From Oopsacas minuta (lineage: Eukaryota > Animalia > Porifera): 64,000 bases of DNA. The notes under the pieces are model-generated. The model was given only the letters and a program-made list of their open reading frames with translations, was not told the DNA's origin and ran no database searches. Below, in pieces: positions 1-12,600 of this stretch; position 1 is the stretch's first letter, and each line of letters starts with the position of its first letter. The position numbers and the translations under genes are program-made. The stretch lies in assembly GCA_024704765.1 (NCBI GenBank), contig JAKMXF010000005.1, forward strand, positions 62,001 through 126,000. Reading direction: 5' to 3'.

Positions 1-780
1 AGGTTTTATAGACTTTATAGACTTCTCTCAGGCATTTATCCGCATAAAATTCTCCATTGAGTCGTTCTCCTTTAGGGGCAGGTATTGAGCCACTGGCCCA
101 TAAGCATCAAAAAATACGCTGTAGAGAACAATATCCTCTCGGAACTGATGTGCCTTTTCAGGGGGATAAAAACCTTATGGAAGCCACGATTTGCTTTGTT
201 CCTTACGCAGAGGTTCAGAAAATTAATCAAATTTCGTCATCAGTAACGATTTCATATTACCTGCGGGAATCACAATCCCTATAATCTTTAAGCAATTTTT
301 AGCGCATGAAACCCTCTGTCTCCTTTTGACACATTATGAGGATTTTTGGTAACCATCGCGTGCTGAAATCTTTCGATTTTTGAGAAAACTGTGTAGAATT
401 GTATGAACACTTCCCGATGAGATGTCCAAGATTAGGCAATCTCTTCAACGCTCAAAGGGGGTCAATATCCAAAAGTTCCAGAATTTGAGAGGCAATTTCA
501 GGGGTGGTAACGGAAATTGGTCTTCCGTTCTGAGGTGCATCTTCAATACTGCCCTACCAGCCTATAAATTACATGCCCATTCATATACAGTGGGATAAGT
601 TACCCCAAGATGAACGGTGACGAGATCCTCATGTATCTGGAGTGGTTAGTCACCGAATAAGGTACGAATCTTTATGTAAGCCTGTTTTTTCAGCTTTTTG
701 CTTGATATGTGTTTTGAAACCATGAAAAAGTTGAATCTCGAAAATTTGTAAAATTGAAAGTAGGATAGATCAGGATACAT
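1..780 (-). mobile_element. Degenerate mariner (Tc1/mariner) transposase remnant, runs off the window start
   Basis: Minus-strand translation gives mariner motifs GRPISVTTPEIASQILELLDID, ISA(R)WLPK (frameshifted) and EIVTDDE (first catalytic D). Many stops and frameshifts. The right end is approximate. Confidence 0.8.
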
Positions 781-1962
781 AATAGCTAGGTGAAATACTA
801 AACAGCATTAACTAGGTAATTGAAAGGACTATTAGGCTATACTATGCATTTCATGTAATCGAGTAGAATTTGGCTGCTATAAACTAAGGATGGGAACTTT
901 TTGAATAACACAAGTAGAAAATATTGCTCGAAAGGTGTCATGTGATCGCCTAATAGGCAAATATGATGGAAAATGCTAATGCTATGAAACTCAAAATATT
1001 GATCTTTGATTTGATTTCAATTACGAGTATGAACATATATAGACATATCTAGGATTACGTCACAATGGAACAAGATATAATACCAAATTGTATTATCAGG
1101 GAAGTTGGGTATGCATGTAAAACTGGCTAACTTGATAAGACCGCAATTGTAACGATTATCAAGATATAAGTGCAATCCATGGTTTCAGCTGTAACTCAAG
1201 AACTAGCCAACCAAGTGATGAAATTTTTTGTTGTTTTTCCAAAATATATTTCGAATATTTTCATAATTGAACTTAGTAATCAAAGATCAAAATTTTGCGT
1301 ATCATAGCGTTACCTTTGATTTGTGTAAACGCCCCACGCTGAATATCCTCAGGGCGATTTCCAAAATATATACAGAAATATACTACAGAAATTTCCAAAT
1401 GTGGCAGAAATATAAAATTATCATAGTTAAACAAATAGGTTTGTAACATTGTCTTAAAAGAATGTAGAGTTAGGAATTTCTGATGGGTTCACGCAATTTA
1501 TTTCATTAACAAGGTGAAGCAATAGCGAATGCTTAGTCGCCTTACGAAGATGTTCAACAAGTAGCATACGGAGGATTAGGATCGGGATCATAGAACATAT
1601 TTTAGCAGTGATCGTGATTGGGATTCAAGTTATCAAAAGTCCCAATATCACACCTAATTTGGCCAATTTCCCGAACTAAAATATATTTTCTGCTTTCCTG
1701 ATCACCCGAGGAATTGGATAATCGAGGTATAGTTCAAGGGCCTGCTGGAATCACAGGCTCTAACCTTGGTAGCTAACTTTGCCACAAAATGACTGAATTT
1801 ATCCTGCTCTCAAAAGCATTCTCTCTAAAGTTGTATTTATCGCCGGTTTAGCTAGAAAAATTAGCGCATTTGGTAAATGTTATAAATGAAAATTTTCAAA
1901 ATGATTTCGACCTGACTTCAATTATGGTAATTATCTCCCAAAGTGGCCCTGTCAGAGCGAAG

Positions 1963-2150
1963 GAAAATCGTCTGAGCTATGGAATGGAGCTATTCCCTAC
2001 CCTGTAGCTCCAAATTGAGAGAGTAACTCCCGTTTAAAGATTGAACAAAAATCAAATTTCCATCAAATTAGTTTTCAAACGGGAATAACTCAGTTATTTT
2101 TGCAGCTACAGTGTTGGGAAATGTTCCATTCGATAGATCAGACGATTTTC
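1963..2150. repeat. Imperfect foldback hairpin, probably an internal MITE segment
   Basis: GAAAATCGTCTGA at 1963 pairs with TCAGACGATTTTC ending at 2150. Inner TGTAGCT/AGCTACA and CCCGTTT/AAACGGG pairs continue the stem. Confidence 0.6.
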
Positions 2151-2297
2151 TTTAATCCTTATTCGCTAAACTACTTAACATCAACTTATACTTAAGTCAA
2201 ATTTTTGAGGATCGACTAATAGCCTAGTTTTGGTACATTCAGGAAATGGTTTAAAGAAGCTAGTATATCAAGTGCAGAAGGCAATTTATGATGCAGA

Positions 2298-2740
2298 TTT
2301 AGTATCTTACCTCACCCTGATTATAAATATCTCAGAAATACTGTTATTTGTATCTGATAGAGTAGGTAAATGATCAAGATAGCCACAAACCTGGCCAAAA
2401 TCGAGGCAAAATTGATCAAGTTATTGTATTTATCGTTTATAAGCCAAATCATATGGGAAATCTTCATTGCATTATACTAGGCGCATTTCTATTGTTTTGT
2501 GGTTTATACTTCCTACGTAGAGAGTAAAGCCTATCATTGAAAACACTTCTTTTACACATTATTGCTGATTAATACACTTTTAATAGATCATCAAATTTTT
2601 GCTCTGCTTTATTACGCATGCCAAAATGTGACTTATAGCTATACTATCAAGTCTTATATATGTGATTGTTTCGCAATATTTATGCTAAACAATGATATGG
2701 AGTTGATTTGTTGATTGAACTGTAATATTTACTGCAGTAG
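2298..2740. repeat. Left arm of a ~440-bp inverted repeat (partner 5190-5628)
   Basis: Near-identical reverse complement of 5190-5628. For example TTTAGTATCTTACCTCACCCTG at 2298 pairs with CAGGGTGAGGTAAGATACTAAA ending at 5628. Only a few substitutions and small indels were seen. Confidence 0.95.
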
Positions 2741-3835
2741 ATTCTGTATTTGATGACTGGAGTATGCTCCCGTTGATACTTTATTTTCAATTTTGCCTGA
2801 ATGTGCACATGGTTTGGACAGATTTACATGGGGTTTTGATGCAACTACATTACTCGACGGCCAGATGTATATCTTTTGGGAGGACAGTACTTCTTTTTAA
2901 CTAACTGTCTTCTTTTCATTTCGTCCTTTTGTCCTTCTTATCCTTCTTTGTCCATATTTTCCCGTTTTAACTTTATGATATCACCTAAACCTAGAATATA
3001 TCATAAAGAGTTTTCCACTCCTTATTTCGTCAATATTTATTTGATAAGTCTAGCAACTAATATTAATTTTAAGGAAATTTGGCCAAATTCTTCACCCAAA
3101 TTTCCTTGAGCGATGATTCCTATGACATAAATTCATGCACTGTTTATTTAACAATGTACAGTCAAGCCTGCCATACATGATGCAACTTCGTTCATGCACA
3201 AGGCAACATACACGGTATAAGAATGTTGAATAAATAAAGTAAATTTTCTGTAACTTTGTTGTAGGAAAATAGAACATGTTCCTTTTCCCATGCAACAGTT
3301 GCATTGTGTAAGAGTATGATGGGCTTTACACAAATGGTATTAATATGAAAATGTCCTATTTAGCATGGGATATATTGCCACCTTGCTATATTTCCTAACC
3401 TGGATAATTGTGTTTATACGTTTATATTTGCAATAGACAGTGCACGTACTATACAATTTTGTGCCAGCCCTATTATATGGCTTTAGGGAAAGTCAGGTTT
3501 CTCCCAGACCAACTTTTGTTAAATGTAGCAATCGAGAATCGAAAAATTGTTCGATTGGATTGGATTGGCAATCCTGAAATTTTGCCACACCTGGAACTTG
3601 TAAAACTAGAATTCAATATAGGATACCATATATCTTTTTAAGAAACCAAGACACAAGTAATGTGGAGTGTCTAGCTTAATGTGGTATCAGATTTCACCAC
3701 AGTTACTGTTCTAGTTTCTAGCATGTCATTTGGTTCATTAGAGTATCTAAGTCAATAAATGTTAAATTCTGAGTATTGTAGAAGATAATTCATTCACATA
3801 GTTCGCTACATAATAGTACATACGAATATATTTCA

Positions 3836-4750
3836 ATGGCTCACTTCAAGCCTATTAAGATGCATACAGTTCCATCTAGTTTCGGTGTTATGCAACTGAA
3901 AGTATTTTATCAGTCGATTGTTGTTGATGCTGACACTTGTATTACATGGCTTCAAGATAATGGCTTGCTGGTAAGGGGAATGTTCTGCAAGTGTGGCTTA
4001 GTTAGTGTGCTAGGTAAATTTTTAGGTGTAGCAGAAGACCGAATTAGGTGTCCTGAGAGAAACTGCAGAAAGGTTGCATCTCTTAGAATAGGTTCCTTCT
4101 GCGAAGTATTTAATTTTCCATTAATTAATCTGTTAGAATTTATGTATCTTTGGGCAAAGGAGATCATTAGTACAGACGTATTGGTAGAGAATCTGGGATG
4201 GGCAACAGCAACGATAACTGATTGGAAGAACTTCATAAGGCATCTCTTTGAGAGAAGTTTTTGGCAACTCCTCAGCCCATAGGTGGGTCAGGAGAAATTG
4301 TCGAGATAGACGACTGTATGTATGGTAGGAGGAATTACCTTCGAGGGAGACAATTTTCTGGTCAGTGGGTATTTCGGGGGGTGGCTAGAGGAACCAAAGA
4401 TATTTTCATGGTTCCAATTGGAGTCGTTCAGCTGCAACTCTGATTCCTCTAATAAACACCTATATTCTACCCGGGACTACTATAATATTTGATCAATGGG
4501 CATCTTATAGCCTAATTAACCCAGGAATTTTCCTCCGCTTGATTGTAATTCATAGTGAAAACTTTGTTGACACAACTACAGGCGCACATACGCAGACAAT
4601 TGAAGGTGAATGGGAGCATATTAAAAAGCGAACAAGAAATCACACTACTACAAATACAGGCCTATTGGATACCTACCTAGCTGAACATTGCTGGCGTAAA
4701 GTTTGCACAATTCATTCGAGAATATAATAGTGGAATTACAGACCAATGCC
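3836..4750 (+). mobile_element. Merlin / ISXO2 (IS1595-like) transposase remnant
   Basis: Fragments in three frames: N-terminal CxC...CxxxxC zinc ribbon, GSGEIVEIDD, WVF, PGTTII, and HSENFVDTTTGAHTQTIEGEW. These are typical ISXO2/Merlin DDE motifs. Frameshifted. Confidence 0.9.
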
Positions 4751-5189
4751 CTGTAGTTTAGTTAATTCTTAGTATTCTCATCTGTACCTGTACGTAATTA
4801 TAGTATATTAGTCTTCTAATTAGTAATAATTATCCACTTCATTATATTACATATATTTGAATGCTTTTAAGAATTCATTGTCAACCGTATCGGGAGGTTA
4901 AAATAATTGATAATCCGACATATAAAGCTTACTATACAAGAGCAGGCCGCCCGTAAATTCCGTCAAAACTAACTAAAATTATATCATATATCTATAAATA
5001 TTGATGTTAAAGGATTAGTTCTCGTTGACATTAAACATTTTCAAGTCCAGATAGCCAGAAACCACGCAGTTGGAAACATATTAAACAACTGTATTTTTGT
5101 CAGTGAAATCTTTGGAGGCCCACCGGTAAGAAGTACTGCACTATAATATAAACTGTACTGGCGGCATTGCAACTGTTGAGTTAATAGAG

Positions 5190-5628
5190 CTAATGCAGTA
5201 AAAATTACAGTTCAATCAACAAATCAACTCCATATCATTGTTTAGCATAAATATTGCGAAACAATCACATATATAAGACTTGATAGTATAGCTATAAGTC
5301 ACATTTTGGCATGCGTAATAAAGCAGAGCAAAAATTTGATGATCTATTAAAAGTGTATTAATCAGCAATAGTGTGTAAAAGAAGTGTTTTCAATGATAGG
5401 CTTTACTCTCTAGGAAGTATAAACCACAAAACAATAGAAATGCGCCTAGTATGATGCAATGAAGATTTCCCATATGATTTGGCTTATAAACGATAAATAC
5501 AATAACTTGATCAATTTTGCCTCGATTTTGGCCAGGTTTGTGGCTATCTTGATCATTTACCTACTCTATCAGATACAAATAACAGTATTTCTGAGATACT
5601 TAAAATCAGGGTGAGGTAAGATACTAAA
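5190..5628. repeat. Right arm of the ~440-bp inverted repeat (partner 2298-2740)
   Basis: Reverse complement of 2298-2740. Confidence 0.95.
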
Positions 5629-6598
5629 ATTGTCCGTTTTATCCATGCGATTTGAGACATTGGCCAATATGTAATTATTATCAGCAAACGAGAGCTCTTG
5701 ATCCAGAGTTATCAGAACTTCTGATTTAACCTCTGTCGGAGCGGGCTGGCTACCACATCTTCCATTTAATATTCTAACCTTTACAGATTTCGATGCCAAT
5801 TCAGGGTAATTATGTATAACAGCACGTTTTCTTAGGTTATTTTCAACTACCTAGAATCATTTTAGTCTTAATAGTGTAATATATTGGCAATAAGTACATT
5901 TTAGTTAACATTCATTTACCTCATCTACCATGCCCATATCTTCTAACATTTGTACAGCATTTTCAATTGCACAAGATCAATTGCAGTGATCTCCAACAAT
6001 CCCAACAGTGAAGCATTTCCGACATCGGTTTATAGCTGGCTGTCCAACATCTGTCTCAACAATTCGATCCTTATGATGATCTAATTTGAAATGTTTTGAT
6101 GAGTGCGGACTTTTTGAGGATACCAATTATAAGGTTTCTCGTCCTCAAAATTGATTTTGTACAGAGTACTGCTGTTTCCTTGGATTCATTGGATTGCAGA
6201 GACCTCAATTGTTCAGGTTTCTTTTTCTTCGCACAAATGCGACATATAATTTCAACAGTATTCAAGTGGTTTTCCATAATTGATAATTGAATGTCATATT
6301 ATACATTCTGCAATTTATACCCCTTTATGTTGAATTTCTAAAGTTTATCTAGTGAATTATGCAATCTTGAAAATAGTTATATGCCATGGAAAAATAGAAT
6401 ACCTAATATATATTGAGAGTAGTGGGGCATATGGTAAGGGGGGAAAATGTGTCCGAAACCTTTCGCAGAAATACAAAAGTCAACTTTTTCAAAATAGAAA
6501 ATTCTTCTAGTGACGAAATCTTTCAGGAAACAGGCACACTAATGCATACTATTTATAAATTGAGTCAAATCTGCCCTTGCACAGACTGCCCTCCCGTG
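5629..6598 (-). mobile_element. 5' fragment of a Chapaev-like (CMC) transposon
   Basis: The minus strand starts CACGGGAGGGCAG at 6598, a CACGG-type Chapaev terminus. Degenerate ORF MENHLNTVEIICRICA (Chapa-like H-x7-CRxC), followed by CRKC...HC. Truncated where the inverted repeat begins. Confidence 0.6.
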
Positions 6599-7347
6599 TT
6601 GAAAATGTCGGGTAGTTCATATACATCGTTGCTGCTGATATTAATAGCTAGGTAAGATTATATTATCCTTCTATTAAAAGTACTTATCTCGAGAATCCTG
6701 GACATTGGTATTAATTTCATGGACACAGGAATTTTGGCGAAAATCCTGGACAATGATCCCCCTAAATCAAGCTCGTTAGAAGGGATTGACAATCGGAATT
6801 TGCCATTCTTAGAATTAAAGGGTTAAGAATGGGAATAAAGTCTATTAGAAGGAATTGAGAATGTGCGCCCCCACTTCAACAGATTGCACTTTGTAGTTTC
6901 CTACTAGAATGAATAGTATTATTGGTCTAGGGAATTAGAAAATTTAGTGTGCGCGCGTACACCTTACAATTTCATGTATTAGGAAAACTCAAATTCATAT
7001 AAGTCATTAAATTTGTTTGATCTACAGGGATAGTAGTATTGTCACGCTTGAAATTTTCCTTGACGAGACAGTTTATTCAATTCTACCTGGTCTTAGTGCT
7101 GGGTTGTTAGTACTTAGTAATTGTATTTGTAAGGAGTGATTAGCTAGCTATATACATATATTATAATTAATTGCACAACAGGTTTTGTCAAATTTGTTGA
7201 TGTTATTGCTTCTAATCGATGATTATGTGCATAGATCCCAGATTGAACGGAAGTAAAGAAATTTACATTAAATTTGTGTTAGGATTGCCCGTGGATATTG
7301 AAAGATGTCTGACTACCACTTGGTTGGTTGTTGATTTGGTCGGGTTG

Positions 7348-7528
7348 CAGACTTACCAACCACTTTTGCAAATTTCCCTGGATTTTCAATATTTTCCCTG
7401 GATTTCACGCTATTTCCCCGATTACACCCGAAAATATCAAGAAATATAGCAAAACATAGCAAAATTTCCCCTGGATTTCAAGTGAAATCCCGAGGTAATC
7501 CAGGGATCCCTAGAGGGTTGTAAGTCTG
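7348..7528. mobile_element. MITE with CAGACTTACCAACC TIRs and an apparent 6-bp TSD
   Basis: CAGACTTACCAACC at 7348 and GGTTGTAAGTCTG ending at 7528. GGGTTG directly flanks both sides (7342-7347, 7529-7534). The same family occurs at 34030-34110. Confidence 0.8.
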
Positions 7529-8183
7529 GGGTTGGGAATAGATATATACCTGCTGCATGTGATTCTAATCGTCTAACCGAATCCAGCCCTGCATTAAGTT
7601 TCATTTTTATGATGTGATAAATCACACATATGACATATAAAAAATATCTTATGTCGAAGAGGTCATCTTATAGCCTAATAGGCTGATATGTTGGAAAAAT
7701 GTTCTCTGATCCGACTCATTAAGAATATTGCTTATAATTGATATCGATCATAATTGTCCCTCTTCCATGCCATTATAGCCAGCCCGGATCAATTTAATTC
7801 CATGTTATAAATCTTGAATCCGTAATCGTATAAATTACTCTCTACAGATTTCAAAACTGGAAAATTTTTCTGACATAATTGCTAAGCATGAAATAAAATG
7901 ACTTAATTTTGGCTTGAAGATAGATTGTAGATGTAGACTGCTAGTGATTTCGGATTTTATTCAGGCCAAAATGTAACGTTTAAATGCCAAATGTTACGAT
8001 TGGCCAATTGACATTTTTTGGTCAGGATTACCAAACATAAATACAGTTGACCGAACTTGGCACACGTGTCCTGGAAAATTTCGACCAAATCCACTTGGGT
8101 GTGGTTATATAACTAAATTCATGCAAGTGTGTTCATAGCCAATGAGAGTTTGACCTAACATTTTATAATACTTTAGAATCAAT

Positions 8184-9656
8184 ATGGAGAATTGTTCTTA
8201 TTTACAAAAGTATTTGAAAATTAAGTACCACCCAAATGGTGGTGCTACAACACTTCACCTTGATCAGGCTGAAATCAAGCATTTATCTGTTCCTGAATTG
8301 AATGAGTTAGCTCTTCTATTTTATTCTCAAATATTTTCGAATAATCTACATGATTCCAGTCATGTTATGGGAGTGATTCATAATTCTGTCGCTGAACAAC
8401 CTGAATATCTTGCATTTCTATCTCAAAGATACCCTACTCTCCGAGTAAGAGTAGCTGTTCTTAATAGTCGAGAAATTCGTACAATGACAATATCTGATTA
8501 TTACACTGAAGTTGAAGCTTCTTATTCGTTTGGAACATTTAAGTGTGGAAATCTGAATCAGTTAAGTCTGGTTGGTGTTGTTGATGAAGAATCAGGTGGT
8601 TATCTTGTAGATCTTATTGATCTTATATCATCTAATATATTTATTCGAAGAAGTTTACCATGGGGTGATATATCCTCTAGTCCTTTTGATCAACCTAGAG
8701 ATTCTAATGATGGCCCCATCTTATGGACGAGAACTGGAGAACAGTATATTGAGTTATCAGACACGCGTCATGTTAAACATCCTCAGGATAAAGTGCAACA
8801 ATTCTATTTAAAACGAAAATCTGAGCCCAGAGAAGTTTTTATTCCGGATCGTACTTTTTGTCACCTTGACTTCTCCCATAATTCATTTCGAGATTCTACT
8901 GCTGCAGCTGGTATATTAAAAGCTGTAACCTTTACGAACTCAAATGAAGCACCTCCCAATGCTGAGGTTAAACATGTTGTTTGTTTTCACCCTCAAGATG
9001 TAAAAGCAGTATGTGATATTTTGCGTATAGACATATATGAGCCACCAGCAACTCAATGTATTCAATGGGTAGATATTGCGAAGTTAAATTCTCTAAGAAG
9101 ACACGGAATCAAATATTCTAGAATTACCTTGTATGATAATGATGCATATTTTATACCTAAGAATGTTGTCCATCAATTTACAACTGTGTCTGCATGTACA
9201 AGTATTGCTTGGCATATTCCTTTAGACGGAGTAGATAGTATCAATAAATGGACTAAGGATGACAAACTAACTAAAAATTCTCTAAGTATCATATCACATT
9301 CTAAAACATCTGAAACTCCTTCATCAAATCAGAAATCGCTTTTCCATCCCGAATCACCTGAGAAAAAAACAATTAAGACGTTCCATATTGACGGTGCGGA
9401 AAATCCTTCTTGTGTCGATGATTTATCTGGCTTAAATGAATCTGATTTTAAGAAAAATCGTCACTATCCGACCAATACTTCCTTGGAATTATCTACTCCA
9501 CCCTGTAAACATTCAAAAGTGTTTGAACATATTCCACCGTGTAATTTTGCAACTGATTCTTCAAATTCAGTGAAGAGATTTAATAACAATAACAGTAAAT
9601 CGCTTAGTGATTTTTCTCCTAATACTATTGACAGCAACCCGAATTTAAACTGTTGA
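8184..9656 (+). CDS. RSBN1: RSBN1/RSBN1L (KDM9-type lysine demethylase, 2OG-Fe(II) fold) homologue, intronless, 490 aa
   Basis: Family motifs recognised: HPNGGA, NDGPILWTR.GEQ, SEPRE...DRT..HxD, TAAAGILKAV, VCFH, EPP..QCIQWVD.AKLN.LRR.GI.Y.RI.LYDND.YFIP.NVVHQF.TVSAC.SIAWHI. Low-complexity C-terminal tail. Confidence 0.93.
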   Translation: MENCSYLQKYLKIKYHPNGGATTLHLDQAEIKHLSVPELNELALLFYSQIFSNNLHDSSHVMGVIHNSVAEQPEYLAFLSQRYPTLRVRVAVLNSREIRTMTISDYYTEVEASYSFGTFKCGNLNQLSLVGVVDEESGGYLVDLIDLISSNIFIRRSLPWGDISSSPFDQPRDSNDGPILWTRTGEQYIELSDTRHVKHPQDKVQQFYLKRKSEPREVFIPDRTFCHLDFSHNSFRDSTAAAGILKAVTFTNSNEAPPNAEVKHVVCFHPQDVKAVCDILRIDIYEPPATQCIQWVDIAKLNSLRRHGIKYSRITLYDNDAYFIPKNVVHQFTTVSACTSIAWHIPLDGVDSINKWTKDDKLTKNSLSIISHSKTSETPSSNQKSLFHPESPEKKTIKTFHIDGAENPSCVDDLSGLNESDFKKNRHYPTNTSLELSTPPCKHSKVFEHIPPCNFATDSSNSVKRFNNNNSKSLSDFSPNTIDSNPNLNC

Positions 9657-12600
9657 ATTCATTTTTGTTGCTATATATAATTTTTGTCGTAAATTCATCT
9701 TTCTAACGGGTTCTTGTTAAGTCACCATAACAGTTCTTTATTTCATGAGCGATTATTGAACTAATGGGATTTGTAAATATAGTTCGTTATCGCATGTTAG
9801 GCCTCAAGCTATATTTCATACTTTTAATGGTGAAGGGAAATTTACCCTTTGATTATTTGGCACTACAGTAGAACCTCTGAGATCCGGGCATTTTCCTATG
9901 TAGGGTCCCCGGATCTCAAAAATAATTTTAACTATAGGGAAATCCAATTTGCACAAGGTGTTAGAAAATGGATTTCCTTTCAAATTTATGATCAATCAAT
10001 CGTGCGATGACAATCCCTTTGAAATCTTATCAAAATTAATTATCCTCATGAAATATTATGTAAATGTTTATTGCAGAAATCAGCCCAATAGATGTTACGT
10101 CTCCCCAAAATTGTAGATTGACGGTATAATACATAATACACGTGTTATAGTAATACTTCTTCTTTGAAAGACCTATTATACTAGTTAGGTATAATTGAAA
10201 ACATTGGGACGTTAACACATATTTACAACTTTCTAAGTTTTTTTACTGATTTTCGAAATTGAAATTTCAACTACAGGCATATGTTTTGGAAAATTAGACG
10301 TTATGGTGGTCAATATTTGCAAAATAATGTTGACATTCCTGTGAGATACGGTTTTTCAGAGTTTTACGAATTTCGAGTTCAGATACACCATCTTTCATGT
10401 GTGATTTGTGTTGTAATATTTGGTTACATTGTGATTTATTTAGGGTTCCGAATTAGGACCTAAAACTCATATTTACCTGTGATCAATTCTCCTATAATAG
10501 AATTCATATTTATTTCATAAAATGGGAAACCGTGATTTGTCCTAACTTATTGTTTGATTCTTCCAAAACACTGGAATTCGTCCTAAAACAGAGGCACTGG
10601 ATTTTGTGAACATTTTCCATTATTATATTTGTGTATTTATATCCACCAAAATGATTGTTGTGGATAATTTCCCATGGAATAATCTTTATCATTTCCCGAG
10701 CTGTTGTTCAGATTTCTTAGCCATCCCATGGTCCTTGGCGGGAATATTTTCAAGCGAGTTATTATAGTACATTTAAGGACAAAATCTGGTATTTGAGTTT
10801 TGGACAATTCCTTAACTTTTCAGGCCTATTTCCAGTATTTGTATTTTACATACTGGGATGAATTTAGCAGCCAATTCAACTAAATTTTGTTCACTTCACT
10901 AGTTTATTTGACCGACTTTCTTTATAGCTAGAGAAACCCTATCCAGGTTTTGAAATTTCATTTTACAATATTTATTACTTTTTGAATATTTTATTATTAA
11001 CAATTAGCTAATCTCATAGTAGTATAGTTCATAGTAATCCATCGTCGAACTACGTCCGTACCTAGATATACAGATCAGGATGCTGTTATCAACTGTGCTT
11101 GTTCTTGATAGCTGCATGTTCAATTATTTGTCGCACGTATTCATTTTCATGCATAAATTATGTACAGGTGCAGTGGCGTCGTGTGGCTTTGAAGTCTGGG
11201 GAAGGCTAAAAATCTATCTGGTGGGCAAGTTCTAGACGAGTGTTAATGGGGGGCGCAGTAAACAATCAATAAATTCCAGGAGCGAGACGCACAGCTAGAA
11301 ATATCGTTTGGTTTGTAACTTGCCCTAAAGTTGACCTATTTCTGGCCCCTTGGAGTAATGTGGGGGTTCAGTTAATATTGGGGGGGGGGCCCAAGTCGCA
11401 TATAGCAATTGAGCAAATAGGGAAAAACTGGACTTAACTATGATATTTAAGTGCAATGGGGGTCCGAATACCCCCTGTTCATTAAATTTCGAATATCGAC
11501 TCAAAAGTTTAATCAACCACATTTTGCTTGTTGTCTCATGGACTATTTCTATCCTATGGAGTATCCATAAATTATTTTAGATATTGCTATTGGGGTAAGT
11601 TCTTGGGTAAAATATTCAAATTAATACTGTATTTACAGTAGAACTCGGATAAGACGTACTGGACTTAATCAACCAAATGAGCAAGATTCAAGTCGATTCA
11701 AACTTTTTTTGAGGGGGCCAATTTCCAAAATGTCAGATTGCAGAAGTTTTTGAGAAATTTTCGGAATATCTAAATTCATTTTCTTCAAAACTATTAGATG
11801 GGATTTTCTATGTTGTAACTTTCAGCATACTATAGACTAGTGACTGACTTGCGGTGTGCAAAGTTTCAAACCACTCGAAGAGGGTTAGTGAAATCATTGA
11901 ATGGTTTGACAAATAATAACCCGTAGGTATATTATTATACTACTGCGCTTCCGTTGGTAGGGTACTGCGATACAGTTTAGTGACATGGGATAGCTTCAGT
12001 ATTAAACAACGAAATTTATTAATACTTTGGTGCCTACACGACCTTTGTCACACACGGTTTGATTTTTATGAGAAAAATTTATTATTTATTTTTATACATA
12101 GTCAATCCAAAAAAAAAAATTTCCTTATGTGGTAATACCGGAGATGGTACTTGGTTTGGGTTAGTAATTTTGGCACTTGTGTCTCGAGGATTTTGAAAAT
12201 CCCGAAAAATTTGAAATTGTGAAATTGTGAGTCTTTGTAAACTAATGGTGACTTAATAATTCAATAATGAGTTTGGGTTTGGCCAAAATCATAACGTCAG
12301 GACTTTTGGCATGTTGAGGGGTACCTGTGATTGAAATTCAGACTTCTAACATGTATATTGGCTGAGCAGTGGTTAATAATGTTTCGAAAATCCCCAAATT
12401 TCGTCATAGGTGTGAATTTTTGCCAAAACTCGAACTTGTCTGACCCAGGCCCATTATACCTCAGTATGCCCAAAATCAACCCTGGGGACTCCCAGTTTCT
12501 TTAATCAATTCTGTACATACATACATATATATACACTTATACAAATAGATTAATTGCGTTTTAATTGTATAGATAGATGTATCTGTGTGTGGTTATGTAT

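Noticed and set aside
5629-6598. Idea that this 5' Chapaev fragment is the missing front of the Chapaev at 44416-48800, displaced by an inversion
   Set aside because: The protein pieces look roughly complementary, but the 5' piece lacks the expected GACC target and any adjacent Ginger sequence. No matching CACGG-type 3' terminus was found after 48800.
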